Source of the DNA: Candidatus Kaiserbacteria bacterium | GTDB lineage: Bacteria; Patescibacteriota; Minisyncoccia; Phycocordibacterales; UBA2100 | Direction of reading: 5' to 3' | Assembly (NCBI GenBank): GCA_016432285.1 | Contig: CP066682.1 | Coordinates: 439,072-503,071 of the forward strand | DNA length: 64,000 bases | Part shown: positions 8,988 through 17,690 of the stretch, one piece after another | Layout of the letters: the number at the start of each line of letters is the position of its first letter | How positions within the stretch are numbered: the first letter of the stretch is position 1 | The notes under the pieces: model-generated | The model's database searches: none | What the model was told of the DNA's origin: nothing | The model's input: only the letters and a program-made list of their open reading frames with translations | Translations under genes and position numbers: made by a program

Positions 8988-9023
8988 CAAAAGAAAAGCG
9001 CCCCGCAAGGGGCGCTTTTCTTT
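8988..9023. terminator. bidirectional terminator hairpin AAAAGCGCCCC-GCAA-GGGGCGCTTTT
   Basis: Perfect stem flanked by A-run and T-run, between cspA and the nnr start. Confidence 0.7.
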
Positions 9024-9029
9024 AGAGAC

Positions 9030-9230
9030 TTAGGCTTTCGAGACCTGAGTCGCGTTCGGTCCTTTCGGACTTTCTGCGACCTCAAAGGTCACCGTGTCGC
9101 CTTCGCGAAGCTCGTTGAACGAAACTCCGGCAAGCTCGTTGGCGTGGAAAAAGAGATCTTTCTCCTGGCCCTCTCGCTTGATGAACCCGAATCCCTTGTC
9201 GGTGAGACGGGCGATTGTTCCTGTTTGCAT
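9030..9230 (-). CDS. cspA: cold-shock protein (CspA family)
   Basis: GFGFI and FFHANEL RNA-binding motifs. 66 aa. Confidence 0.85.
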   Translation of the reverse strand: MQTGTIARLTDKGFGFIKREGQEKDLFFHANELAGVSFNELREGDTVTFEVAESPKGPNATQVSKA

Positions 9231-9358
9231 AACAGTTGGACGTTTTTGCTAAATCAAGACAGTTATGCTGAGAGTGGAGAGTCGATCCTTCAATCCCGGA
9301 TCAGCGCTGGTTGATGCAGGAAAGGTAGCACCTTTCCACCTCGCTGTCAATGCGCTCC

Positions 9359-10771
9359 TCAATGCATCGCCTGCGGCGCATGCTTCGGCTCGCGGAGCGC
9401 GAATGCGCCGAGGAGCGCCGCGAGCGCGGCGAAGATCGCACCAGCGAAGAAGGCTGCCTGGTAGCCGCTGTTGAGCGCAAGCGTGCCTGCACCCGCGCCG
9501 CCGGCCCCTATCGTGACGGCCGCGGCGATCGCGGCGAGGATCGCGAGGCCGAGGCTTCCGCCCATCATGAATGCGGTGTTGACGACGCCCGATGCGAGGC
9601 CTGTTTCTTGCTGCGGCACATCGCCCATCGCGGCGAGCAAGACGGGGTTAAAAGCCATGCCTGCGCCGAGCCCCAAAAGGAGCATGCTCGGGAAAACGTC
9701 GACCCAAAAGCTGCCGTCGATCGGCGCGCGCGCAAAAAGAAGAAGGCCTGCTGCGGCGAGCACGAGCCCCACGCCGATCGGCGCACGGATGCCGAATTTC
9801 ATTACGACCCACGCTGAAAGTCCGATCGAGAAGGCCGCCATGATGAGGTTGGCCGGGAGGAAGGCGAGGCCCACTTCCTGCGGGCCGTATTGCAGGATGA
9901 GCTGAAGGTAGAGTGCGGCAAGGAAGAACCACGCGAACATGGCGGCCGCCCAGAAGACGCCCACCACGCTCGAAATGGCGAGGTTGCGATTCTTGAAGAT
10001 GTCGAGCGGGACCAGCGGGTGCGAGACGCGCGATTCGATCCAGAGGAAGATGCCGAAGAGCACGATCGCGCCAAGGAGAAGGCCGAGAGTTTGGAAAGAT
10101 CCCCAGCCGACTTCGTTGCCGCCGATGATCGCGTAGATCGCGAGGAGCAGCGAGGCCGTCACGGTGACCGCACCCGAAAAGTCTAGCCGCTCTCCGTGCG
10201 AGACTCCCGGCATTTTCGGGAGGAGGTAAAGGCAGGCGATGAAGACGCCGATACCGATGGGGATGTTGATGAGGAAGTTGAGGTGCCAGTTGATCACCGT
10301 GAGGAGCCCGCCGAGAAGGACGCCAACCGATCCACCGCCCGCCATGATGAAGCCGAAGACGCCCATGGCCCGCGCGCGCTCGCGCGGGTCGGGAAAGATA
10401 TTGATAACGAGCGAGAAGGCGATCGCGCTCGCCATCGCGCCTCCGATCCCTTGGATTGTGCGCGCGATGATCAGCATCTCCTGCGTGGAGGCAAGTCCGC
10501 ACGCGAGGGAAGCGAGCGTAAAGACCGAAAGGCCGGTGAGGAAGAGCCGCCGCTGACCGTACAAGTCGCCGAGCCGGCCGCCAAGAAGGAGGAAGCCGCC
10601 GAAGGTGAGGAGGTAGGCGTTGACCACCCACACGAGCGAGGCGTCGCTAAAAAGAAGATCCGATTTGATCGAGGGGAGCGCGACATTCACGACCGACATG
10701 TCGAGCACGATCATCAGGTTTCCGATGCAGAGTGTAGCAAAAGCCCACCAGCGTGTGCTCGCGTCGATCAT
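9359..10771 (-). CDS. MFS transporter, DHA2 (EmrB/QacA-like, 14 TMS) drug:H+ antiporter family
   Basis: 470 aa, ~14 hydrophobic segments. MFS motif GGRLGDLYGQRRLF. Confidence 0.75.
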   Translation of the reverse strand: MIDASTRWWAFATLCIGNLMIVLDMSVVNVALPSIKSDLLFSDASLVWVVNAYLLTFGGFLLLGGRLGDLYGQRRLFLTGLSVFTLASLACGLASTQEMLIIARTIQGIGGAMASAIAFSLVINIFPDPRERARAMGVFGFIMAGGGSVGVLLGGLLTVINWHLNFLINIPIGIGVFIACLYLLPKMPGVSHGERLDFSGAVTVTASLLLAIYAIIGGNEVGWGSFQTLGLLLGAIVLFGIFLWIESRVSHPLVPLDIFKNRNLAISSVVGVFWAAAMFAWFFLAALYLQLILQYGPQEVGLAFLPANLIMAAFSIGLSAWVVMKFGIRAPIGVGLVLAAAGLLLFARAPIDGSFWVDVFPSMLLLGLGAGMAFNPVLLAAMGDVPQQETGLASGVVNTAFMMGGSLGLAILAAIAAAVTIGAGGAGAGTLALNSGYQAAFFAGAIFAALAALLGAFALREPKHAPQAMH

Positions 10772-10776
10772 ACAAT

Positions 10777-11178
10777 TTATGCGCGCGCGGGTTGCAAGAG
10801 GCTCACTCTGTTGCCCTCGCTGTCTTCGATCGAGATGTAGAGACCCACGCCCGGAATCTCGTCGGGCTCACCAGCAGTTCGCGCGCCGATCACCTTGCCG
10901 CCGGATTCCTCCACGCGCTTCATTGCCGCGCGGATGTCGTCGACGCTGATGACGACCGAAGGGTATTGATTTTCCTTCGTGCGTTCGAAAAAGCCGCCGT
11001 TGATCGCGCCCGGCGTCTTCACCATGTTGTTGGCGTCAGTCTCTGTGGTGTGGACGACCACATAACTTCCCATTTCGGGCCCGAGCTTGTCGGCGCTCCA
11101 TCCGAATGCTTTGGAGTAAAAATCTGCCATGCGGTCGCGATTCTCGTACGGCATCTCAAAGTGAACGACTGGATTCAT
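10777..11178 (-). CDS. VOC/glyoxalase-bleomycin resistance family protein
   Basis: 133 aa. HFEMPYENRDRMADFYSKAFGW and the paired betaalphabetabetabeta module pattern of the glyoxalase I fold. Confidence 0.6.
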   Translation of the reverse strand: MNPVVHFEMPYENRDRMADFYSKAFGWSADKLGPEMGSYVVVHTTETDANNMVKTPGAINGGFFERTKENQYPSVVISVDDIRAAMKRVEESGGKVIGARTAGEPDEIPGVGLYISIEDSEGNRVSLLQPARA

Positions 11179-11381
11179 AGAATAGATGAGTAGTGATTAA
11201 CGAACGTGCGGTACACACAAGCTAGTAACAGCTCACAATGTGGCCTATCATACCAAGAAATAATGAAGACGCGTACGGGATCGACATGAGTCAGCGGGAA
11301 CTGCGTGAACAGTATGTATTTTTGCTCGCGTTCGGCTATACTGCCGCGAGTCGTCAACGCAGAGCGCTGGCGATTCATATT

Positions 11382-11657
11382 CCGGGGTAACTCAATGGTA
11401 GAGTGGCTCCCTGTCGAGTAGGCAGCTTTTGATCGGAAGGTCAATCGAAAATTTCGGGATAACGGTGAACCCCTCGCCTCGGCAGGGCAACACCGTGGGA
11501 ACCCTAAGAGATAGGCCGTTATGCGGCAATCTCGCGGGGGCGCCGTAGAGACTAGATACCGAAGCACCGAGATCCGGTGATGATATAGTCCACGCCTTTA
11601 AGAAATTAGAGGATTCGTGTAAGGAGTAAGTTGTGGGTTCGAGTCCCACCCCCGGAG
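11382..11657 (+). tRNA. tRNA interrupted in the anticodon loop by a group I intron; most likely tRNA-Asn(GUU), alternatively tRNA-Thr(UGU)
   Basis: 5' exon 11382-11415: TCCGGGG acceptor, D-arm ACTC/AATGGTA/GAGT, anticodon stem GCTCC, loop CUGU. 3' exon 11620-11657: UAA + GGAGT stem + T-arm GTGGG-TTCGAGT-CCCAC + acceptor CCCCGGA + G73. U1-A72 and G73 match Asn. Exons total 72 nt. Confidence 0.7.
11416..11619 (+). ncRNA. group I self-splicing intron (~204 nt) inside the tRNA anticodon loop
   Basis: Conserved group I core elements R-like GTAGAGACTAGA and S-like GATGATATAGTCC. The 5' exon ends in U, which can pair as G-U with GCAG (the proposed internal guide sequence). The intron ends in G. Size is like Azoarcus-type tRNA introns. 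Confidence 0.65.
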
Positions 11658-11670
11658 CCTGAAGCAGTTG

Positions 11671-11696
11671 GACCCCGACGCGCGAGCGTTGGGGTC
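11671..11696 (+). terminator. hairpin GACCCCGACG-cgcgag-CGTTGGGGTC downstream of the tRNA (weak, no clear T-run)
   Basis: 10-bp stem with one mismatch. Confidence 0.3.
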
Positions 11697-11885
11697 TTAC
11701 TGATTCACCCCGGGGCGGGACTCGAAAGGCGGAGCGCCGAGCATCGGCGCGAGCCGGGGTCGAGAAACATTTTTTGAAAAAAATGTATTCGTGACCGAGT
11801 CCCACCCCGAGAGTGATTTTGCTCGAGCGGGTGGGGCAGATCATCCAACATTGACGGGCATAATACAGAGGTTCATACTTTCCTC

Positions 11886-12860
11886 ATGAACGACTTGGCG
11901 AAACTGAAGGAGGTACTTCCAGTTTTTGAACAGATAACTGTCGCCGACCTAAAAAGAACGGAGCTAGGCGTATTTAGTTTCGACGAAATTTTCGACACGA
12001 TTGGGAGCACATATGAGTTGCTCAAGAATCTTGCAAATCAAGAAGATGTTTTAAAGGAAGATTCGTACATTCCCTCACAATTAGTAAATAGCCTGAGAGA
12101 TAACGTCAACACATTCAACAATCTGGCCAACAAGGTGCGAGAGTTCGACGTAAAGGCCGGAGACCCAACACCGCGTCGTCAAAATCTCATCGACGAAATA
12201 AAGAGTTTCAAGGCGTCTGCGATAAGTCAGCTTCACCCTCTAGTCGCGTTAGTTCAGTTGCGTCAGCTGGACCCCGCAAAATACAGCGTAGGGTTGCAAA
12301 CTATGCAGGGCGAAGTGCAGAGCATACTGAAAAAGCTAAAGGAGAAGGATGAGGAGGCCTCCAAAACACTGCAAAAAATTAAAGACGTTTCTGCCTCGTC
12401 CGGTGCAGAAGCATACGCGCACGTCTTTTCGTCACAAGCAACTATTCACAAAAATACCGCAAAATGGTGGCTCTGGGCTGGCGTAGCATTTTTTGCTATT
12501 TTGGTTCTGTATCTTATCTACCTGCTGGCTAACGGTGTTCCAACATCGGAGGATTTAGTACATGCGATTCGAGATATCTCGCTCCGTGTCCTGTTCCTCA
12601 TTGCGATCTACTTCGCCCTTACGCAGAGCATTAAGAACTACAATGTGAACAAGCATCTACAAGTCGTGAATGAGCATCGACAAAACTCACTGAAAACATT
12701 TGAGGCGTTTCTAAATGCCGCTGCAACGGACGATGTGAAGTCCGCAGTACTCTTGCAAGCGACCAAATCAATATTTGATCCAGGCAAAACGGGATATCTG
12801 CAAAAAGAAGGCCAGGTTAGTTATTCGTTCAGTGTTGCTGATATCTTCAAAAAGAGTTAG
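11886..12860 (+). CDS. hypothetical 2-TM membrane protein in an AT-rich islet
   Basis: 324 aa. N-terminal ~190-aa helical soluble region. Two hydrophobic helices (WWLWAGVAFFAILVLYLIYLLA; LRVLFLIAIYFALTQSI). ~90-aa C-terminal tail. GC markedly lower than flanking DNA. Confidence 0.6.
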   Translation: MNDLAKLKEVLPVFEQITVADLKRTELGVFSFDEIFDTIGSTYELLKNLANQEDVLKEDSYIPSQLVNSLRDNVNTFNNLANKVREFDVKAGDPTPRRQNLIDEIKSFKASAISQLHPLVALVQLRQLDPAKYSVGLQTMQGEVQSILKKLKEKDEEASKTLQKIKDVSASSGAEAYAHVFSSQATIHKNTAKWWLWAGVAFFAILVLYLIYLLANGVPTSEDLVHAIRDISLRVLFLIAIYFALTQSIKNYNVNKHLQVVNEHRQNSLKTFEAFLNAAATDDVKSAVLLQATKSIFDPGKTGYLQKEGQVSYSFSVADIFKKS

Positions 12861-13065
12861 AGAGTTTCGCTGATTATCTGTTTTCAACGAAAGGGATTTG
12901 CGGACGCGGATGGGAGGGTGGACCAAGTACGCATGGATTCGGGGCCCCTCTCTTCCCGCCAAAAAATCCTCAATTCAAAAAATCTTTGGCTCGAACGCGG
13001 CCGCTGCGAAGGCGGCGGCGTGGTCTTCACGTTGCGCACACCGGGAGCGGATGTAGAGTGAGTGT

Positions 13066-13215
13066 ATGCAGGATCGAGAGCACGAAGAGTGGCTAGCCGA
13101 TGAGGCCCGAAAGAACGGCAAGAAACGCACACCGCCCGCGCGGCCTCCCACCGACGATGAGGGCGAAAAGGGCGGCCCGGAGCCGCTTGGATGGGATCCG
13201 GTGCTCGGCGTATGA
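13066..13215 (+). CDS. small basic/acidic hypothetical protein (49 aa)
   Basis: ATG...TGA ORF with its stop overlapping the ATG of the downstream gene (GTATGA). Confidence 0.25.
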   Translation: MQDREHEEWLADEARKNGKKRTPPARPPTDDEGEKGGPEPLGWDPVLGV

Positions 13216-13817
13216 AAAACGCACTCGTATTCGTAGGGATCGGCGGGCTCGTGATCGTTGTCGGACTTCTGCTGATTAATGGTACGTTCACGCCCTCTCT
13301 CAATACTGGTACAGTTACGGGCACCACAGATGTCGCTCTCACCATGACAAACAATCTCACACTCTCAAGCGCCGCGTTCGCCCACGAAGCCAGCATTCCG
13401 TCGGAGTATACATGCGACGGAAAGGGCACGAGCCCGCCGCTTTCGATCTCGGGCGTGCCGGAGGGCACGAAGTCGCTCGCGCTCATCGCGGACGATCCGG
13501 ACGTGCCAAAGCAGTTGAAGCCCGATGGAGTTTTCGATCACTGGGTGTTGTTCAACATTCCACCGACGACCGTCGAAATCCCCGCTGGCGGCAGCGCCGG
13601 CACCGCGGGCGCGAATGGGGCAGGGAATTACGCATACACAGGGCCATGTCCTCCGCCGCAATACGAGCCGAGCGAGCACCGCTACTTTTTCACGCTCTAC
13701 GCGCTCGACGCCGAGCTCCCACTTGCGGAAGGCGCCTCAAAGCAGGAGGTGCTCGCTGCCATGGCGGGACACATGATCCAGGAAACGCAGTTGATGGGGA
13801 AGTACAAGCGGCAGTAG
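13212..13817 (+). CDS. YbhB/YbcL (PEBP/Raf-kinase-inhibitor-like) family protein, secreted
   Basis: N-terminal TM/signal. Motifs DPDVP, HW, YxGPxPP, HRYxFxLYALD are characteristic of bacterial PEBP. Confidence 0.7.
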   Translation: MKNALVFVGIGGLVIVVGLLLINGTFTPSLNTGTVTGTTDVALTMTNNLTLSSAAFAHEASIPSEYTCDGKGTSPPLSISGVPEGTKSLALIADDPDVPKQLKPDGVFDHWVLFNIPPTTVEIPAGGSAGTAGANGAGNYAYTGPCPPPQYEPSEHRYFFTLYALDAELPLAEGASKQEVLAAMAGHMIQETQLMGKYKRQ

Positions 13818-13835
13818 GCGATTCACCATCTACTC

Positions 13836-14057
13836 ATGGATGTACGGGTACATGTGAAAGCGGGCGCCCGGAGAGAGATCTTCCGCAAAGTCCGAGAAGA
13901 TCTTTTTGAAATATCGGTTCGCGAAGAGGCGGAGCGCAACGAAGCCAACGCGAGGGTCATCGAGCTTCTGGCCGCGTATGCGGGAGTCCCGCAGAAATCG
14001 GTGCGCATTATCACGGGGGCTCGCTCACCGAAGAAGCGGCTGCGCATAGTACAATAG
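13836..14057 (+). CDS. DUF167 (YggU-like) protein
   Basis: 73 aa. VHVKAGARRE...GRANxxxIELLA pattern of the UPF0235/DUF167 family. Confidence 0.6.
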   Translation: MDVRVHVKAGARREIFRKVREDLFEISVREEAERNEANARVIELLAAYAGVPQKSVRIITGARSPKKRLRIVQ

Positions 14058-14061
14058 AGAT

Positions 14062-14430
14062 ATGGACGTTCGCATCAAAACCACCGACTACACTCTGACC
14101 CCGCTCACCAAGGACTATCTCGACGGCCGCATCATGGCGCTGGAGAAATTTTTGGGGGACGATTCTCCGGTCTCGCGCTGCGAGGTGGAAGTGGGACGCG
14201 ACGCGGGGCGCCCGCGGCACGGGGCCAATATCTGGTTTGCCGAGGTCCGCCTCGTGATTCCGGGCAATAATTCTATCTACGCGCGCAACAATTCCGAAAG
14301 CGTCAACGGCGCCATCGACGACGTGAAAGAGGAGATCGAGCGGCAGCTTCGGCGTGAGCGCAAGATCCACATCCGCCTCTACCGCAAAGGCGGCGCGCTC
14401 GCGAAACGCCTCATCCGATTCGGTCGGTGA
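14062..14430 (+). CDS. hpf: ribosome hibernation promoting factor / RaiA family (short form)
   Basis: 122 aa. MDVRIKTTDYTLTPLTKDYLDGRI and the VEVGRD... pattern of the sigma-54 modulation/YfiA family. TACAAT 6 nt upstream. Confidence 0.75.
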   Translation: MDVRIKTTDYTLTPLTKDYLDGRIMALEKFLGDDSPVSRCEVEVGRDAGRPRHGANIWFAEVRLVIPGNNSIYARNNSESVNGAIDDVKEEIERQLRRERKIHIRLYRKGGALAKRLIRFGR

Positions 14431-15315
14431 TCACGCAGGCTTTGCGCCCGAGCGGAGGAATTCGTCGTACCGCATCTCGTTTTTTCCCTCCGGCTTCACC
14501 GTGTCGATCACGAGCCGGCCACCTTCGGTGTGCGCCTGAAGGATTTGCACTCGGATTTTCTTGCTTCCGCGCGTGAAAAAAGCGTGCGTGCCGGGCCAGC
14601 CTTCGTAGGCCCTGATTTTCAAGATGTTGGTGCGCGGGTCGTCGTTTACATCGAGCAGCCCGTCGTTCTTCTCAATCTTCTCGCTGTAGGTCGCGATGTC
14701 GTGATTCTGCGGCCGCGCCTCGATGGTGTCTGCGCACCACAGAGGGAGCACCTGCGCGAGCAATTTGCCCCCGGCGCTCATGAGCTGCCGCTCAAGCTGG
14801 AGGGCTCCCGGCGGCCACTCGATCGGGCTGATTGCTTTTTGCGCGATGATCGGTCCGTGATCCATCTCCTCGTCGAGGAGCATCACCGTTACGCCTGTTT
14901 TCTTTTCGTCATTGAGAATCGCGCTCCGGATGGGGGAGGCGCCGCGGAGGCGCGGCAAGAGCGAGGGGTGCACGTTGAGCACGCCGCGGCGCGGCATTTC
15001 GAGAACGCTCGAGGGCAGGATCTTGCCGAAGGCGACAACTACGAAGACGTCCCACTTGGTTGCTCCAAGCTCCGAGAGAAAGTTTGCATCAATCTTGTGT
15101 GGCTGAAGCACCGGAATCTTGTGTGCGACGGCCCATCGCTTCACTGGAGGCGGCGTAAGCTGGAGTCCGCGACCTGTTTTCTCGTCGGGCGCCGTAACGA
15201 CGAGCGCGGGCAGCAGGTGCGCGGCGGATAGCTCCTCAAGCACGCGCACCGAAAGGTCGGGCACGCCAAAAAAGACGTATCGAATTTCACTTTTGCTCTT
15301 CGGGTTCTTCGTCAT
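14431..15315 (-). CDS. fmt: methionyl-tRNA formyltransferase
   Basis: IRYVFFGVPDLSVRVLEEL N-terminus, formyltransferase core (HPSLLPRLRGASPI) and C-terminal domain. ORF extends to 15432, but start MTKNP at 15315 fits homologs. Overlaps the def stop. Confidence 0.8.
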   Translation of the reverse strand: MTKNPKSKSEIRYVFFGVPDLSVRVLEELSAAHLLPALVVTAPDEKTGRGLQLTPPPVKRWAVAHKIPVLQPHKIDANFLSELGATKWDVFVVVAFGKILPSSVLEMPRRGVLNVHPSLLPRLRGASPIRSAILNDEKKTGVTVMLLDEEMDHGPIIAQKAISPIEWPPGALQLERQLMSAGGKLLAQVLPLWCADTIEARPQNHDIATYSEKIEKNDGLLDVNDDPRTNILKIRAYEGWPGTHAFFTRGSKKIRVQILQAHTEGGRLVIDTVKPEGKNEMRYDEFLRSGAKPA

Positions 15316-15841
15316 AGATTTTGGCTGCTTTGTCGATGTAGAGGATTCCCTCGAGGTGATCCATCTCGTGCTGGAAGATGTGCGCAAGAAAGTCAGACGC
15401 CCCGCGCGTGAAAGCGCGATTGTGCTCATCATACGCCCGAATCGTCGCCTTTTCGGCCCGCATCACTTCGCCCCACTTCCCGCGCACCGAGAGGCACCCC
15501 TCGTGCTTCAGACGCTTCGTGCGCGAGATCTTGAGGATCTCCGGGTTGATGTACACCTGGTCTGGAAGGGGAGGCGTTTCTGGTTTTTCGACATCGCCGC
15601 CGATTTCGTCTGGCGCGTTGCGCGATCCTCGGGCGAGCGCCCTGCCGGAGACGATAAACAGGCGGATCGCTTCTCCCACCTGCGGAGCGGCGAGCGCGAC
15701 ACCGTACTCTTCTTTGGCGAGGAGCTTTTTCATCTCCTCAATGAGCTTTTTGATCGTGGGGCTTTCAATCTCGGCCCGTGCGATAGCCGCCGCCTTTTTG
15801 CGGAGCGCGGAGTTTTTTTCGTGAGGGATGATAGATCGCAT
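15287..15841 (-). CDS. def: peptide deformylase
   Basis: GVALAAPQVG, EGCLSV and HEMDHLEG metal-binding motifs. TATAGT 6 nt upstream. Classic def-fmt operon. Confidence 0.85.
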   Translation of the reverse strand: MRSIIPHEKNSALRKKAAAIARAEIESPTIKKLIEEMKKLLAKEEYGVALAAPQVGEAIRLFIVSGRALARGSRNAPDEIGGDVEKPETPPLPDQVYINPEILKISRTKRLKHEGCLSVRGKWGEVMRAEKATIRAYDEHNRAFTRGASDFLAHIFQHEMDHLEGILYIDKAAKIYDEEPEEQK

Positions 15842-16157
15842 AAAATCACTATACCGTTACTTTTCGCTACCGCATAAAAAAGTAGGGATCGCGGCCGGGG
15901 TGACGAGACCGCGATCCCCCTTCCGACGCTCTGCCTTGACTCAGTGCGCCGAATTGCGAGGAGAGGGAGGTAACTTCACCTCCTCCCGAGCTCGGGCGAT
16001 CGGGCGGAAATCCAATCTGCCGTCGTCGCTCCAAGTGTTCGTGGTCGCACACCTGCTCCTCCCACTGCTCCCTCCTCGCTGACGCGCTGCGCGAGGGTGG
16101 GGAGCAATCAAACCCGCGCAACTATATATTCATTTTGCGCCGTGTACAATTGCCTCG

Positions 16158-16427
16158 ATGCGGCACATCAGCACCAACATCAAGAAGACCTTCTCCAAAA
16201 CGCGCGCCACCGAGCGGGGGGAGCTCATGGAATTCTTCTGCCATCGGCTCAATATCGACCGGATCCGCGATGGCCTGCCGAAAATCACGATGGGGCGTAT
16301 GGGCAAGCTGCTCGAAGGCGTCCCGACGAAGGATCTCTACTATCTCAAGACCGTGTGCGAGGAGGCGAAGCATTTCTCCAAACGATTCTGGTTTGAGCTC
16401 AATCCCGAGAAGTACACAAAAAAATAG
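16158..16427 (+). CDS. hypothetical protein (89 aa)
   Basis: ORF with correct GC3 bias. TACAAT 7 nt upstream of the ATG. No recognisable family. Confidence 0.4.
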   Translation: MRHISTNIKKTFSKTRATERGELMEFFCHRLNIDRIRDGLPKITMGRMGKLLEGVPTKDLYYLKTVCEEAKHFSKRFWFELNPEKYTKK

Positions 16428-16574
16428 CCCCATCGGGACGAGCGTCGGTCAGGGCCGAGCTCGTCCCGCGGGGCTGGCGGACGCCGTGTCGGGCGATTAC
16501 GTCCGCGACCGCTAGAGAGACTACTTCGAGCACGCGTTTTGTCAAACACGCCCGGGCGGCTACAATACGCGGGC

Positions 16575-17591
16575 ATGGCATTTTCTTTCGCGCCCAAATT
16601 GGGGATCGATCTCGGCACGACAACGGTTCTCGTTTTTGTGCCGGGCCGCGGCATCGTCCTCAATGAGCCATCGGTCGTCGCTGTCTCGCAGACCGACAAC
16701 AAGATCCTTGCAGTGGGCAACGAAGCCAAGGAGATGGTCGGCCGCACGCCCGACGAAATCATCGCGTACCGGCCCATGAAAGACGGCGTGATCGCCGATT
16801 ACCGCGTGACGGAGGCGATGCTTCGCTACTACATCCGCAAATCGCTCGGCAAGTGGAATCTTTTCAAGCCGGAAGTCATGGTCTCGGTGCCGGCGGGCGT
16901 TACCTCGACCGAACGGCGCGCCGTGGTGGAAGCGGCCACAAAAGCCGGAGCGCGCGAAGCGTACGTGGTGAAGGAGCCGATTCTCGCCGCGATCGGCGCC
17001 GGGATTCCAATCCACGAGGCGCGCGGACACATGATTGTCGACATCGGGGGCGGCACCAGCGACGTGGCCGTGATCTCTCTCGGCGGCATCGTCGCCTCGA
17101 CCTCGGTGAAGTGCGCGGGCAACGCCATGGACCATGCGATCGCCGACTATTTGAAAAAGAATTTCAATCTCGCGGTCGGCGACAAGATGGCCGAACAAAT
17201 CAAGATCCACATCGGCTCCGCCGTCCCCATGGATGAGGAGCTCACGATGACGGTGAAGGGGCGCGATTACCTCACTGGGCTGCCGCGCTCAATCGAGCTT
17301 TCGACTAATGAGGTGGTCCGCGCGATAGGCAGGGAGCTGCGGACGATGGTGAATGCGATGAAAGACGTCTTGCAAGACACACCGCCCGAGCTCGCGGCCG
17401 ACATCATCGACAACGGCATCATTATGACGGGCGGTTCCTCGCTCCTGCGAAATCTCGCCGAGCTCGTCTTTCGGCGCACCGGCGTGAAAGCGCGGGTGGC
17501 CAAAGACGCGCCTTTTTGCGTGGCCAAAGGCACGGGCGAGGCTCTGAAGCACCTCGAAGCATACAAAAAAGCGATCATCACGAAGCGCTGA
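16575..17591 (+). CDS. mreB: rod shape-determining protein MreB (paralog 1)
   Basis: Actin-fold phosphate-1 motif GIDLGTTT. DIGGGTSD. IIMTGGSSLL. TACAAT 8 nt upstream of the ATG at 16575. Confidence 0.85.
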   Translation: MAFSFAPKLGIDLGTTTVLVFVPGRGIVLNEPSVVAVSQTDNKILAVGNEAKEMVGRTPDEIIAYRPMKDGVIADYRVTEAMLRYYIRKSLGKWNLFKPEVMVSVPAGVTSTERRAVVEAATKAGAREAYVVKEPILAAIGAGIPIHEARGHMIVDIGGGTSDVAVISLGGIVASTSVKCAGNAMDHAIADYLKKNFNLAVGDKMAEQIKIHIGSAVPMDEELTMTVKGRDYLTGLPRSIELSTNEVVRAIGRELRTMVNAMKDVLQDTPPELAADIIDNGIIMTGGSSLLRNLAELVFRRTGVKARVAKDAPFCVAKGTGEALKHLEAYKKAIITKR

Positions 17592-17632
17592 TTTTGAGCC
17601 ATCCCCCGGTACAAGGTTGCACCTTGTAAAAA

Positions 17633-17664
17633 ACCACCCTCCGCGGACGAGCCGGGGAGGGGGT
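17633..17664. terminator. bidirectional terminator CCACCCTCC-N12-GGGAGGGGGTTT between convergent genes
   Basis: GC stem with A-run 5' and T-run 3'. Confidence 0.5.
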
Positions 17665-17690
17665 TTGCCACAATGGGCGGAAGAACATCA

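Noticed and set aside
8255-9085. Longer N-terminal form of the nnr dehydratase ORF, overlapping cspA
   Set aside because: A start at MQRVLVVGG (8971), with a -10 box 6 nt upstream and a terminator at 8988-9023, fits better. The extension would overlap cspA and the terminator.
11382-11657. tmRNA interpretation of the GGGG...CCACC-like ends
   Set aside because: The 5' part has a canonical D-arm and anticodon stem (tmRNA lacks these). The insert carries group I intron core motifs rather than a resume codon or tag ORF.
11392-11844. Minus-strand ORFs (150 and 130 aa) across the tRNA/intron locus
   Set aside because: The region is fully explained by tRNA exons and a group I intron. The ORFs have no coding signature.
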